Assembly (NCBI RefSeq): GCF_050920415.1
Contig: NZ_CP169309.1
Length of the DNA: 64,000 nucleotides
Strand: one strand, 5' to 3'
Source of the DNA: Escherichia coli
GTDB lineage: Bacteria > Pseudomonadota > Gammaproteobacteria > Enterobacterales > Enterobacteriaceae
Of this stretch, positions 23,457 through 34,441 are shown piece by piece. Under the pieces are notes generated by a model. That model was not told the origin of the DNA and did no database searches. It saw only the letters and a list, made by a program, of their open reading frames with translations. A program made the position numbers and the translations under genes. The number at the start of each line of letters is the position of its first letter. The stretch's first letter is position 1.

Positions 23457-24974
23457 ATGTCTGAACAACACGCACAGGGCGCTGACGCGGTAGTCGATCT
23501 TAATAATGAGCTGAAAACGCGTCGTGAGAAGCTGACGAACCTGCGTGAGCAGGGGATTGCCTTCCCGAACGATTTTCGTCGCGATCATACCTCTGACCAA
23601 TTGCACGCAGAATTCGACGGCAAAGAAAACGAAGAACTGGAAGCGCTGAACATCGAAGTTGCCGTTGCTGGCCGCATGATGACCCGTCGTATTATGGGTA
23701 AAGCCTCCTTCGTTACTCTGCAGGATGTCGGTGGTCGCATTCAGCTGTATGTGGCTCGTGACGATCTGCCGGAAGGTGTTTATAACGATCAATTCAAAAA
23801 ATGGGATCTCGGCGATATCCTCGGCGCGAAAGGTAAACTGTTCAAAACCAAAACTGGCGAACTGTCGATCCATTGCACCGAGCTGCGTCTGCTGACCAAA
23901 GCACTGCGTCCGCTGCCGGACAAATTCCACGGTTTGCAGGATCAGGAAGCGCGCTATCGTCAGCGTTATCTGGATCTCATTTCTAACGATGAATCCCGCA
24001 ACACCTTTAAAGTGCGTTCGCAGATCCTCTCTGGCATTCGCCAGTTCATGGTGAATCGTGGCTTTATGGAAGTTGAAACGCCGATGATGCAGGTGATCCC
24101 AGGCGGCGCGGCGGCGCGTCCGTTTATCACCCATCACAATGCGCTGGATCTCGACATGTACCTGCGTATCGCGCCGGAACTGTACCTCAAGCGCCTGGTG
24201 GTTGGTGGCTTCGAGCGTGTATTCGAAATCAACCGTAACTTCCGTAACGAAGGTATCTCCGTACGTCATAACCCAGAGTTCACCATGATGGAACTCTATA
24301 TGGCTTACGCGGATTACAAAGATCTGATCGAGCTGACCGAATCGCTGTTCCGTACTCTGGCACAGGATATTCTCGGTAAGACCGAAGTGACCTACGGCGA
24401 CGTGACGCTGGACTTCGGTAAACCGTTCGAAAAACTGACCATGCGTGAAGCGATCAAGAAATATCGCCCGGAAACCGACATGGCGGATCTGGACAACTTC
24501 GACTCTGCGAAAGCGATTGCTGAATCTATCGGCATCCATGTTGAGAAGAGCTGGGGTCTGGGCCGTATCGTTACCGAGATCTTCGAAGAAGTGGCAGAAG
24601 CACATCTGATTCAGCCGACCTTCATTACTGAATATCCGGCAGAAGTTTCTCCGCTGGCGCGTCGTAATGACGTTAACCCGGAAATCACTGACCGCTTTGA
24701 GTTCTTCATTGGTGGTCGTGAAATCGGTAACGGTTTTAGCGAGCTGAATGACGCGGAAGATCAGGCGCAGCGCTTCCTGGATCAGGTTGCCGCGAAAGAC
24801 GCAGGCGACGACGAAGCGATGTTCTACGACGAAGATTACGTCACCGCACTGGAACACGGCTTACCGCCGACAGCAGGTCTGGGAATTGGTATCGACCGTA
24901 TGGTAATGCTGTTCACCAACAGCCATACCATCCGTGACGTTATTCTGTTCCCGGCGATGCGTCCGGTGAAATAA
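23457..24974 (+). CDS. lysS: lysine--tRNA ligase (constitutive)
   Basis: 505 aa class II aaRS recognised as LysS; 9 nt after prfB stop. Confidence 0.97.
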   Translation: MSEQHAQGADAVVDLNNELKTRREKLTNLREQGIAFPNDFRRDHTSDQLHAEFDGKENEELEALNIEVAVAGRMMTRRIMGKASFVTLQDVGGRIQLYVARDDLPEGVYNDQFKKWDLGDILGAKGKLFKTKTGELSIHCTELRLLTKALRPLPDKFHGLQDQEARYRQRYLDLISNDESRNTFKVRSQILSGIRQFMVNRGFMEVETPMMQVIPGGAAARPFITHHNALDLDMYLRIAPELYLKRLVVGGFERVFEINRNFRNEGISVRHNPEFTMMELYMAYADYKDLIELTESLFRTLAQDILGKTEVTYGDVTLDFGKPFEKLTMREAIKKYRPETDMADLDNFDSAKAIAESIGIHVEKSWGLGRIVTEIFEEVAEAHLIQPTFITEYPAEVSPLARRNDVNPEITDRFEFFIGGREIGNGFSELNDAEDQAQRFLDQVAAKDAGDDEAMFYDEDYVTALEHGLPPTAGLGIGIDRMVMLFTNSHTIRDVILFPAMRPVK

Positions 24975-24994
24975 GCATTACGTTATGCTCACAA

Positions 24995-25018
24995 CCCCGG
25001 CAAATGTCGGGGTTTTTT
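24995..25018 (+). terminator. Rho-independent terminator after lysS
   Basis: Hairpin ccccgg-caaatgt-cgggg plus T6; the convergent idi stop codon lies inside the T-tract. Confidence 0.7.
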
Positions 25019-25565
25019 AATTGTGCTGCGCGAAAGCAGACAACAATTTTCTTGCTTCACTATTGGCTGCCTGCATCACCATCCACGGGCTGAACGCCCA
25101 CGGCGTGGCATCAATACCGTGTAATACATCTGCTAAATCACACCATTGATAATCCATCACTTCATCATCATTGATCTGTAACGCACTGGTCGTGCGTGCG
25201 GCAAATACCGGACACACTTCATTTTCCACAATGCCACTCGGATCGGTGGCGCGGTAGCGAAAGTCAGGATAGATAGATTCAGGAGGCGTAATTTCCACGC
25301 CAAGCTCATAACGGCAACGGCGGATCACTGCGTCTTCGTTGCTTTCTCCCTGTTGTGGGTGCCCACAAACCGAGTTAGTCCACACGCCAGGCCATGCTTT
25401 TTTGCTCAGTGCGCGGCGGGTAACTAATAATTGCCCCTTGGCATTAAACAGCCAACTGGAGAACGCGAGATGTAAGAGGGTGTCTGCCGTGTGTGCGGCA
25501 TACTTTTCCAGCGTACCCGTGGGAACTCCCTGTGCATTCAATAAAATGACGTGTTCCGTTTGCAT
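25017..25565 (-). CDS. idi: isopentenyl-diphosphate delta-isomerase (type 1, Nudix)
   Basis: 182 aa [32 protein letters not shown]... recognised as Idi. Confidence 0.95.
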   Translation of the reverse strand: MQTEHVILLNAQGVPTGTLEKYAAHTADTLLHLAFSSWLFNAKGQLLVTRRALSKKAWPGVWTNSVCGHPQQGESNEDAVIRRCRYELGVEITPPESIYPDFRYRATDPSGIVENEVCPVFAARTTSALQINDDEVMDYQWCDLADVLHGIDATPWAFSPWMVMQAANSEARKLLSAFAQHN

Positions 25566-25813
25566 AATTTCTCACATGTAATTCTAATCACTCATCATTA
25601 TAGATAATTGAAGAGTGAAATGATTAACCAAGTGAGCGTTTATCGACAACCGCCCGTTTTGAGCGGATGTCGACAGGTAAAACCATTTAAAAAAGCAGCA
25701 TCATATATTTGAAGCGACTTTCAATGGCCATTGCAACACAGTCAGAAATGACAGGAATAGAGAGAGTAAAAAGCAACAACAGACTGAATATAGCGCGCAT
25801 TAAAAGATTCATA

Positions 25814-27262
25814 TTATTCTCCATGCTCATTTTTCTTCAGCTTGCGCATCAGAAGCCACATACGTACTGTCCTGACTTTTAAATCTTTATCAGAGACGGA
25901 TTCCTTCACCAGATCAGCATGATGCTGATAGCCATTAAAGAAGACGTTCAGCACAACGGCGCTAAGGGTTGCGAGCATAATGCCGCTATGCAGCAACGGT
26001 TGCAGTACGGCCGGTAACTTAGAAAAGAAATCGTGAGAGAGCGTCGGAGTCATGCCAACGCCGAGACTGATCGCCACAATATAGAGGTTGTAACGGTTAG
26101 TGGTGTAGTTACAGCGCGACAGAATTCGAATCCCCGTCGCCAGTACCATGCCGAACATCACCAGCCCTGCGCCGCCAAGCACAAATTGCGGAATCGAGGC
26201 TACCAGCACCGCCATTTTGGGCACCATGCCAAACATGATTAATATGATCCCCGAAGAAATACACACCCAGCGACTATGAACGCGCGTCACGCTAACCAGG
26301 CCAACGTTTTGAGAAAATGACGTGTGGGGGAAGCTGTTAAACGTTCCGCCTATCATTGTCCCTACACCATCGACACGCAGCCCGCGAATAATATCGTGCG
26401 AAGAGAGTTTACGACCGACTATTTCACCCAGTGCCAGGAACATCCCCATCGACTCGATAAACACGATGATTAACACAGCGGTCATGGTTAGAATAGAAAC
26501 GGGGTCAAATACCGGCATACCAAACGACATTGGGGTGACAATCGCAAACCACGAAGCATCATGTAGCCCGGACAAATTGACTTCATTCATCATCCACGAA
26601 AGTAAAAAGCCAAATACAATCCCCAGTAATACGGCGACGTTGGACATAAATCCTTTCGCATAGCGAGTAATGAGCAAGATAAAAATTAAGACGGCAAAGG
26701 AGATACCTAAATAAACGGGATTACCATATTGCGGATTCCCTTTACCTCCAGCGGCCCAGTCAATACCGACCTGAATAATGCTAAGCCCGATAGAAGTAAT
26801 AACCACACCGGTAACCAGTGGCGGGAATAAAGGCATTAAGCGACCGATAAGTGGTGCTAATAATGTGGTGATAAATCCCGCGGCGATAGTGGCACCAAAT
26901 ATCCCCAGCAGGCCGATATCCGGGTTCATGCCAATGGCTATCATTGGTGTTACAGCAGCAAAGGTTACCGACATAATCACCGGCAGACGGATCCCCATAA
27001 AGCGGCCGATACCGATACATTGTAATAATGTGACGATCCCGCAGCAAAAGAGATCCGAGCTAATGAGCATCGCAATAGCTTCTTTTGAGAGGCCCAGTCG
27101 GTCACCAATCATAAGAGGAACAGCGACTGCACCTGCGTACATTACAAGGACGTGTTGCAGACCGAGTATGATCAGCTTTCCTGGTGATAATATGCGGTCA
27201 ACCTCATCAGTTGGGCGGTCTTGCCCTGAAGATGAGGGAAGTTGGGAATCTATGGCGCTCAT
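25814..27262 (-). CDS. uacT: uric acid/xanthine-family NCS2 transporter
   Basis: Track ORF 25814..27391 trimmed to MSAIDSQLPSSSGQ... (482 aa); multi-TM NCS2/NAT family. Confidence 0.9.
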   Translation of the reverse strand: MSAIDSQLPSSSGQDRPTDEVDRILSPGKLIILGLQHVLVMYAGAVAVPLMIGDRLGLSKEAIAMLISSDLFCCGIVTLLQCIGIGRFMGIRLPVIMSVTFAAVTPMIAIGMNPDIGLLGIFGATIAAGFITTLLAPLIGRLMPLFPPLVTGVVITSIGLSIIQVGIDWAAGGKGNPQYGNPVYLGISFAVLIFILLITRYAKGFMSNVAVLLGIVFGFLLSWMMNEVNLSGLHDASWFAIVTPMSFGMPVFDPVSILTMTAVLIIVFIESMGMFLALGEIVGRKLSSHDIIRGLRVDGVGTMIGGTFNSFPHTSFSQNVGLVSVTRVHSRWVCISSGIILIMFGMVPKMAVLVASIPQFVLGGAGLVMFGMVLATGIRILSRCNYTTNRYNLYIVAISLGVGMTPTLSHDFFSKLPAVLQPLLHSGIMLATLSAVVLNVFFNGYQHHADLVKESVSDKDLKVRTVRMWLLMRKLKKNEHGE

Positions 27263-27696
27263 CAGTGTTTCTCCTTTCGCCCGCCAGAGTAAAAAGCAAC
27301 CGTTTACGTTATTGAAACTGTCTAAACATATGCTCGTGGAGTGCCAGTTTTTGCGAGGAAGGGGAGTTAGAGACAGGAATTGCGGAGGCAATCACATAAT
27401 CGTGGTTAAACCACGAAAATGAGAAGAGAACCTGACAATGGAATTATCTGTAATTTTCTCATATTGATATTTCATTAATCATTCTGGCATGTCGCACTCT
27501 CGCATTTAATCGTTTTTATCTGGATAGCGCTCTTTTGGTCGGCAATGTTGAAATAATGAAAGCGGCACAGATTGAGGGGTAATAATTTGAACTTAGTCAC
27601 AAACTTATAATTAAAAAGTCATTCTACCTAATATATGCCCGTTTATTGCATCGCGAACTTTGAGAAGACATAACTCATTAAATGAAAGGGATGCAA

Positions 27697-29616
27697 ATGA
27701 ATAAGTTTATCGCTGCTGAAGCTGCGGAATGTATAGGCTGTCATGCTTGTGAAATTGCCTGTGCGGTGGCACACAATCAAGAAAACTGGCCGCTGAGTCA
27801 CAGTGACTTTCGACCGCGTATCCACGTTGTAGGGAAAGGCCAGGCTGCGAATCCGGTGGCCTGTCATCACTGCAACAATGCTCCTTGCGTTACGGCTTGT
27901 CCGGTTAATGCTCTGACTTTCCAGCCCGATAGCGTACAACTGGACGAGCAAAAATGTATTGGTTGTAAAAGATGCGCAATCGCTTGCCCCTTTGGCGTCG
28001 TTGAGATGGTCGATACGATTGCGCAGAAATGCGACCTTTGTAACCAGCGCAGTTCCGGCACGCAAGCCTGTATTGACGTATGCCCAACACAGGCGTTACG
28101 GCTGATGGACGATAAAGGGTTGCAGCAGATAAAGGTGGCCCGCCAGCGCAAAACGGCAGCAGGAAAAGCGTCATCAGACGCTCAGCCATCTCGCAGTGCA
28201 GCGTTGCTCCCCGTTAACTCGCGTAAAGGCGCAGATAAAATTTCAGCGAGTGAACGGAAAACCCACTTTGGCGAAATTTATTGCGGGCTGGATCCACAAC
28301 AAGCGACTTATGAGAGTGACCGCTGTGTTTATTGCGCCGAAAAAGCTAACTGCAACTGGCATTGCCCGCTGCATAACGCTATTCCGGATTACATCCGTCT
28401 GGTGCAGGAAGGAAAGATTATTGAAGCGGCAGAACTTTGCCACCAGACCAGTTCCTTACCAGAAATCTGCGGCAGGGTATGTCCACAGGACCGTCTTTGT
28501 GAAGGCGCATGTACTTTGAAAGATCACTCTGGCGCAGTCTCTATCGGTAATCTGGAGCGCTACATCACCGATACTGCGTTGGCGATGGGCTGGCGTCCCG
28601 ATGTCAGCATGGTGGTTCCCCGTATCGAAAAAGTGGCGGTGATTGGCGCTGGGCCTGCAGGATTAGGGTGTGCTGATATCTTGGCGCGCGCGGGAGTTCA
28701 GGTTGATGTCTTTGATCGCCATCCAGAAATTGGCGGTATGCTGACTTTTGGCATTCCTCCTTTCAAACTCGATAAAACAGTCTTAAGCCAGCGGCGAGAG
28801 ATATTCACCGCAATGGGAATCGACTTTCATCTCAACTGTGAGATTGGCCGCGATATTACCTTTAGCGATTTAACTTCTGAATATGATGCCGTTTTCATCG
28901 GCGTGGGGACTTACGGGATGATGCGAGCAGATTTGCCGCATGAAGATGCGCCCGGTGTCATTCAGGCTCTACCGTTCCTGACTGCCCATACCCGCCAGCT
29001 CATGGGGTTGCCGGAGTCTGAAGAGTATCCGCTGACGGATGTGGAAGGTAAGCGAGTCGTGGTATTGGGCGGTGGCGATACGACCATGGATTGTTTGCGG
29101 ACTTCCATCCGCCTCAATGCCGCCAGCGTGACCTGCGCGTATCGTCGTGATGAAGTCAGTATGCCGGGCTCGCGCAAAGAGGTGGTCAATGCGCGCGAGG
29201 AAGGTGTCGAGTTTCAGTTCAATGTTCAGCCGCAATATATCGCTTGTGACGAAGATGGGCGTTTAACTGCGGTGGGCCTGATTCGTACAGCCATGGGTGA
29301 GCCGGGGCCGGATGGTCGCCGTCGTCCTCGTCCGGTAGCGGGTTCAGAGTTTGAGCTGCCCGCCGATGTTCTGATTATGGCCTTTGGTTTCCAGGCGCAT
29401 GCCATGCCGTGGTTGCAAGGCAGCGGAATTAAGCTCGATAAATGGGGCCTGATTCAAACCGGGGACGTCGGGTATTTACCCACCCAGACGCATCTGAAAA
29501 AAGTCTTTGCTGGTGGGGATGCAGTTCATGGCGCGGATCTGGTTGTCACTGCAATGGCCGCAGGAAGGCAGGCGGCGCGCGATATGTTAACTCTGTTTGA
29601 TACGAAGGCATCGTGA
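27697..29616 (+). CDS. ygfT: fused 4Fe-4S ferredoxin / GltD-like FAD-NAD(P) oxidoreductase
   Basis: Track ORF 27682..29616; start chosen at [11 protein letters not shown] (639 aa); N-terminal Cys-rich CxxCxxCxxxCP clusters and C-terminal dinucleotide fold [11 protein letters not shown]. Confidence 0.9.
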   Translation: MNKFIAAEAAECIGCHACEIACAVAHNQENWPLSHSDFRPRIHVVGKGQAANPVACHHCNNAPCVTACPVNALTFQPDSVQLDEQKCIGCKRCAIACPFGVVEMVDTIAQKCDLCNQRSSGTQACIDVCPTQALRLMDDKGLQQIKVARQRKTAAGKASSDAQPSRSAALLPVNSRKGADKISASERKTHFGEIYCGLDPQQATYESDRCVYCAEKANCNWHCPLHNAIPDYIRLVQEGKIIEAAELCHQTSSLPEICGRVCPQDRLCEGACTLKDHSGAVSIGNLERYITDTALAMGWRPDVSMVVPRIEKVAVIGAGPAGLGCADILARAGVQVDVFDRHPEIGGMLTFGIPPFKLDKTVLSQRREIFTAMGIDFHLNCEIGRDITFSDLTSEYDAVFIGVGTYGMMRADLPHEDAPGVIQALPFLTAHTRQLMGLPESEEYPLTDVEGKRVVVLGGGDTTMDCLRTSIRLNAASVTCAYRRDEVSMPGSRKEVVNAREEGVEFQFNVQPQYIACDEDGRLTAVGLIRTAMGEPGPDGRRRPRPVAGSEFELPADVLIMAFGFQAHAMPWLQGSGIKLDKWGLIQTGDVGYLPTQTHLKKVFAGGDAVHGADLVVTAMAAGRQAARDMLTLFDTKAS

Positions 29617-30104
29617 TGAAATCGTTAATTATCGTTAATCCGGCTGACTGTATTGGCTGCCGTACTTGTGAAGTGGCCTGTGTGGTCGCTCACCCTTCAG
29701 AACAGGCGTTGAATGCCGATGTCTTTTTGCCTCGGCTGAAGGTACAGCGACTGGACAGCATCAGTGCGCCGGTGATGTGCCATCAGTGTGAAAACGCCCC
29801 TTGTGTTGGCGCTTGCCCCGTGGGAGCGCTGACGATGGGCGAGCAGGTGGTGCAGGCCAATTCTGCCCGTTGTATTGGCTGTCAGAGTTGCGTCAGTGCG
29901 TGCCCGTTTGGGATGATAACCATTCAGTCGTTGCCGGGGGATACCCGGCAACAAATTGTGAAATGCGATCTCTGTGAACAGCGGGAAGAGGGGCCTGCCT
30001 GCGTTGAATCTTGCCCGACACAGGCGCTGCAGTTGCTTACTGAAAGAGAACTCAGGCGAGTCCGCCAGCAGCGTATTGTTGCCAGCGGTGAGAATCCTCT
30101 CTGA
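29616..30104 (+). CDS. ygfS: 4Fe-4S ferredoxin-type protein
   Basis: 162 aa with several CxxCxxCxxxCP motifs; start overlaps ygfT stop. Confidence 0.9.
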   Translation: MKSLIIVNPADCIGCRTCEVACVVAHPSEQALNADVFLPRLKVQRLDSISAPVMCHQCENAPCVGACPVGALTMGEQVVQANSARCIGCQSCVSACPFGMITIQSLPGDTRQQIVKCDLCEQREEGPACVESCPTQALQLLTERELRRVRQQRIVASGENPL

Positions 30105-30108
30105 AAGA

Positions 30109-30136
30109 ATTCTCCGCGCTGAAAGGCGCGGAGAAT
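30109..30136. terminator. bidirectional hairpin between convergent ygfS and ghxQ
   Basis: Palindrome attctccgcgc-tgaaag-gcgcggagaat fills the 35 bp gap. Confidence 0.5.
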
Positions 30137-30139
30137 CTA

Positions 30140-31507
30140 TTAGATAGCCCATCCACCCGCGTAAAATGCGACCAGTGCGGCAGTAATGATTACCGTACCA
30201 ATATTCAGCTTTTGCCATTCGCGTGCAAAGACGCGGCCTACGACCAGTGTCACAAAGCCCAGCATAATACCGGTAACGATATTACAAGTCAGAACGATAA
30301 ACACGGCACACACCAGGCCAGCCATTGCGTCAATAAAATCGTTGAAATCCAGCTTCGAGACGTTACTTAACATCAGCAAACCTACGTACATCAGAGCGGG
30401 TGCAGTGGCGTAACCAGGGATCAAAAATGACAGTGGTGATAAAAACAGAATCAACAGGAATAACGCCCCCACTACGGTTGCGGTCAACCCTGTTTTACCC
30501 CCGGCGGCGGTTCCTGCCGCTGATTCGATATAAACCGCTGCGGGCGCAGCACCCACCAGGCCGGAGAATATTGAACTTACTGAGTCACTGGTCAGGGCTT
30601 TACCGCCGTTGATGATCTGGTTGTCTTTATCTAACAAATTCGCCTGACCGGCGACGGCACGGATGGTACCGGTGGCGTCGAACACTGCGGTCATCACCAA
30701 TGCCAGTACACTCGGAAGTACAGTTGGCTGGAGTGCCCCCATAATATCGAGGCTGAAAATCAGAGACTTACCATCTTCGCCAGTCAGACTGGGCATCGCC
30801 ACCAGACCGTGGTACTTCACCGCTGGATCAAAGATTAAGCCGATGATCGAAATTGCAATAATCACCAACAAGATCCCGCCAGGTACGCGGCACTTTTCCA
30901 GACCGAAGATGACCGCCAGACCCAGTAAGCTCATCATCACCGGGAAGGAGGTAAACGCACCGAGCGCCACCGGCAAGCCTTCAATCGGGTTTTTGATAAC
31001 CATTCCCACACCGTTAGCAGCAATCAGCAGCAGAAACAGGCCGATACCGATACCTGTGCCGTGAGCGATACCCATCGGTAAATTACGTAATATCCAGGTT
31101 CGCACACCGGTTACAGAAATGGCGGTGAAGATGACGCCCATCAGAAAGACCGCACCCAGTGCGACAGGAACGCTAATTTGTTGCCCGAGTACCAGACTGA
31201 ATGCGGTAAATGCCGTTAAGGAAATAGCGCAACCAATCGCCATTGGCAAGTTGGCCCACAAGCCCATCAGCAACGAGCCGAAGCCCGCGACCAGACAGGT
31301 GGCAACAAACACAGCTGCGGGAGGAAAACCTGCTTTGCCCAGCATTCCCGGAACGACGATAACGGAATAAACCATGGCCAGAAAGGTCGTTAAGCCAGCC
31401 AGTACTTCCTGACGAACGGTACTGCCACGAGCGGTAATTTTAAAATAATTATCCAGCGCGCCTTGTGGCTTTGGTGCGTCCGGTGTTTGTAGGATGTCTC
31501 CAGACAT
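30140..31507 (-). CDS. ghxQ: guanine/hypoxanthine permease (NCS2/AzgA-like)
   Basis: 455 aa multi-TM ORF recognised as GhxQ (YgfQ). Confidence 0.92.
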   Translation of the reverse strand: MSGDILQTPDAPKPQGALDNYFKITARGSTVRQEVLAGLTTFLAMVYSVIVVPGMLGKAGFPPAAVFVATCLVAGFGSLLMGLWANLPMAIGCAISLTAFTAFSLVLGQQISVPVALGAVFLMGVIFTAISVTGVRTWILRNLPMGIAHGTGIGIGLFLLLIAANGVGMVIKNPIEGLPVALGAFTSFPVMMSLLGLAVIFGLEKCRVPGGILLVIIAISIIGLIFDPAVKYHGLVAMPSLTGEDGKSLIFSLDIMGALQPTVLPSVLALVMTAVFDATGTIRAVAGQANLLDKDNQIINGGKALTSDSVSSIFSGLVGAAPAAVYIESAAGTAAGGKTGLTATVVGALFLLILFLSPLSFLIPGYATAPALMYVGLLMLSNVSKLDFNDFIDAMAGLVCAVFIVLTCNIVTGIMLGFVTLVVGRVFAREWQKLNIGTVIITAALVAFYAGGWAI

Positions 31508-31542
31508 AATGATGTCCTCACGAGGATGTTAAAGTTTTATTA

Positions 31543-32862
31543 TTAGTTGCGTTCGTACACCAGACGACCATCAACGTAGGTGCGGTAGATCGAACGGTCA
31601 TCGCCCAACGTCATCATCACGAACAATTTGTCGACTAAAGAAACAGAGTTGTCATAGCGCAGCTGCTGTAGCGGGGTGGCGGTGGGTTCCATCACCACGA
31701 AATCAGCCTCTTTGCCAGGTAAAAAGTTGCCAATCAAATCGTCAAGGCCCAGAGATTTCGCCCCGCCGAGCGTGGCAAGGTAAAACGCTTCATATGCCGA
31801 GAGGCGATAGCCTTGTAATTGCAACACTTTGTAGGCTTCGTTCAGCGTTTGCAGCATGTTGAAAGTTGTTCCTGCGCCAATGTCAGTCCCCATGCCCACT
31901 TTGACTTTCTTCTGCCATGCTTTTTTCAAGTTGAATAAGCCACTGCCGAGGTAAAGGTTGGAGGTAGGACAGAAAGCAATGCTGGATTTGGTTTCGCTGA
32001 GACGATCCCACTCTTTCTCTTCGAGATGGACGCAGTGAGCAAAGACACAATTTTTACCTGTCAGACCGTACTGATGGTAAACATCCAGATAACCATCATG
32101 GTCAGGATAAAGCGATTTGACCCAGGCAATTTCATCTTTATTTTCACAAAGATGGGTATGTACCCATGTGTCGGGATACTCTTCTTTCAGGCGTTGCGCC
32201 ATCGCCATCTGTTCAGGAGATGAGGTTGGGGCGAAGCGTGGCGTAATCGCATACAACAGACGACCATTTTTGTGCCAGCGTTCGATCAGTTCTTTGCTTT
32301 GGTGATAGCTGCTTTCGGCAGTGTCGAGCAGATAATCCGGTGCGTTGCGGTCCATCATCACCTTACCGGCAATCATACGCATATTGATATGACTGGCGGC
32401 TTCAAACAGCGCATCAACGGATTGCGGATGAACGGTACCAAACACCAACGCTGTGGTGGTTCCGTTACGTAAAAGCTGCTTGATGAAGAACGCCGACATT
32501 TCGCGGGCGTACTCTAAATCCTCATAACGACGTTCAGTAGGGAAGGTGTGTTTATTCAACCACTCCAACAATTGTTCACCATAAGCCCCAACCATTTCAC
32601 TTTGCGGATAATGGATATGTGTATCGACAAAGCCCGGTACTATCAGTTTGCCGCGATAGTCGCGCACGCGAATGGTGTCAGGAATTTGATGCTTTCCGTC
32701 TTCCCATTCGCCAAACCATTCCACTTTTCCCTGTTTAATGAGTAATAAACCATCCTCAATAAACCGCAGCGCAGAGGAAATCTCTTCCGGGTTATCGACC
32801 GTACGGGTGACATCAATAAAACTGCCTCGTACCGCTTTTAACGTGTGTTCTCCTGACATCAT
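31543..32862 (-). CDS. guaD: guanine deaminase
   Basis: Track ORF 31543..32982 trimmed to MMSGEHTLKAVRG... (439 aa); amidohydrolase metal motif HxH (DTHIHYPQ). Confidence 0.95.
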   Translation of the reverse strand: MMSGEHTLKAVRGSFIDVTRTVDNPEEISSALRFIEDGLLLIKQGKVEWFGEWEDGKHQIPDTIRVRDYRGKLIVPGFVDTHIHYPQSEMVGAYGEQLLEWLNKHTFPTERRYEDLEYAREMSAFFIKQLLRNGTTTALVFGTVHPQSVDALFEAASHINMRMIAGKVMMDRNAPDYLLDTAESSYHQSKELIERWHKNGRLLYAITPRFAPTSSPEQMAMAQRLKEEYPDTWVHTHLCENKDEIAWVKSLYPDHDGYLDVYHQYGLTGKNCVFAHCVHLEEKEWDRLSETKSSIAFCPTSNLYLGSGLFNLKKAWQKKVKVGMGTDIGAGTTFNMLQTLNEAYKVLQLQGYRLSAYEAFYLATLGGAKSLGLDDLIGNFLPGKEADFVVMEPTATPLQQLRYDNSVSLVDKLFVMMTLGDDRSIYRTYVDGRLVYERN

Positions 32863-32876
32863 TGACTCCTTGACTG

Positions 32877-34277
32877 TTAATCCATCTCTTCCGCTGAGGT
32901 AATACCAGGCAGAACGTTTTCCTGTCGATAGCCACCAGGGAGGATAATATTTAATAAAATCGCAGTTAACCCACCAGCACAAATAGGGTTTTCAACTAAT
33001 ACATAAATAGAGGCTGGCAATATTTTAAAAATTTCCGGATCGTAGGAGACGCCAAGCCCTAAACCTAAAGAAGTGGCGACAATAAGTGTTTCACGGCGCT
33101 TTAATCCGTTGGTGATGATGATGCGAATCCCAGCGATGGCAATCATGGAAAACATCAACGTCATTGCGCCTCCCAGAACAGCCGAGGGAATGGTCGTGAA
33201 GAAGCCGCCAATCATCGGAAACAAGCCGAGAATAACCAACATGACCGCGATGGTTCGCCCGACATAACGTGAAGCGACACCGGTCATCTGAATAACCCCA
33301 TTATTTTGCGCAAACGTGGTTAACGGTAATGAACCGACAGCGGAAGCGATAACCGAAACCAGGCCATCTGCCAGTACGCCGCCTTTCAGACGCGACTGAT
33401 ACTCTTCTCCCTGGATGGGGCGGCGGGAAACCATTGCCGTGGCGGTGATATCACCGACAGCTTCCAGCACGCTAAGCAAATAAATCGTGCCGACCACCAG
33501 GAACTGATGGAAGCTGAAACTAAACCCGTATTTGAACGGATGCGGGATGGTGATTAACGGCAAATTGCGCATACTGCTGAAATCCACCATGCCCAAGCAT
33601 AACGATACGATATAACCGACACATAGCCCAATGGCAATCCCTCCCATGCGTAGTAACGGACTGCGGCAGCAGTTAAAGCCGATCACCACAATCAAAACCA
33701 ATAAACCAACGCCGAGATGTTCGTAATTGCCGAACGTACCGCTGCTTTTGGCAGCAAATCCTCCACCAAAATCGATAATGCCGACTTTAATCAGGCTTAA
33801 GCCGATCATCAGCACCACAATGCCGCTAACGGTAGGTGTAATAACCCGACGTAAATAGGGCAGGATAAAAGAAGAGCCGACAACCAGAAATGCGCCAACG
33901 AAGGAGACGCCGAGAAGCGACGACATGATTAACTCTTCGTGAAAACCATCGCTTTTCATGCTGCTGCCCAGCGCAATCATGACTGTAACAAATGAAAAAT
34001 TGACTGACTGAATTGAGAGTAGGCCAGAACCGACGATGCCATAGCGGTTTACCTGTAACCAGGTACCAATACCAGAGGCGATCATCGCCATAGAAACAAG
34101 ATAGGCGGTTGTTTCAGCGGAAAGCTGTAAGGCCGCACCCACGATTAACGCAGGGGTTACCATCGGAACGAAAATTGCCAACAGATGGGTAATGGCACCA
34201 ACGAGAGCCTGATGAAAGGGAGGGCGATCCTCCAGTTCAAATATAAGGTCAGAACCTGCATGGTTTATATCAGACAT
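32877..34277 (-). CDS. xanQ: xanthine permease (NCS2)
   Basis: Track ORF 32877..34334 trimmed to MSDINHAGSDLIFELEDRPPFHQ... (466 aa). Confidence 0.95.
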   Translation of the reverse strand: MSDINHAGSDLIFELEDRPPFHQALVGAITHLLAIFVPMVTPALIVGAALQLSAETTAYLVSMAMIASGIGTWLQVNRYGIVGSGLLSIQSVNFSFVTVMIALGSSMKSDGFHEELIMSSLLGVSFVGAFLVVGSSFILPYLRRVITPTVSGIVVLMIGLSLIKVGIIDFGGGFAAKSSGTFGNYEHLGVGLLVLIVVIGFNCCRSPLLRMGGIAIGLCVGYIVSLCLGMVDFSSMRNLPLITIPHPFKYGFSFSFHQFLVVGTIYLLSVLEAVGDITATAMVSRRPIQGEEYQSRLKGGVLADGLVSVIASAVGSLPLTTFAQNNGVIQMTGVASRYVGRTIAVMLVILGLFPMIGGFFTTIPSAVLGGAMTLMFSMIAIAGIRIIITNGLKRRETLIVATSLGLGLGVSYDPEIFKILPASIYVLVENPICAGGLTAILLNIILPGGYRQENVLPGITSAEEMD

Positions 34278-34416
34278 CCCTTCACTCCTTTTAAAGTAAA
34301 TTTGATCATCTGAATCAGTAAAATAAATTCCCACGAATTTGGGGCGCAGGACGCCTTGAGAACGGCTTATCTCATTTTCGCAGTCACTATTTAGTCATCG
34401 TTCAAACAGAGAAACA

Positions 34417-34432
34417 GGCCGCCGAAGCGGCC
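34417..34432 (-). terminator. hairpin terminating the ygfK-ssnA-ygfM-xdhD transcript
   Basis: ggccgc-ttcg-gcggcc stem 10 nt downstream of xdhD stop, followed on the minus strand by tgtttctctgttt. Confidence 0.5.
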
Positions 34433-34441
34433 ATTTATTAT

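Noticed and set aside
23442-24857. 471 aa minus-strand ORF in the track
   Set aside because: Antisense to lysS along its full length; translation is low-complexity and unrecognisable; lysS assignment is secure.
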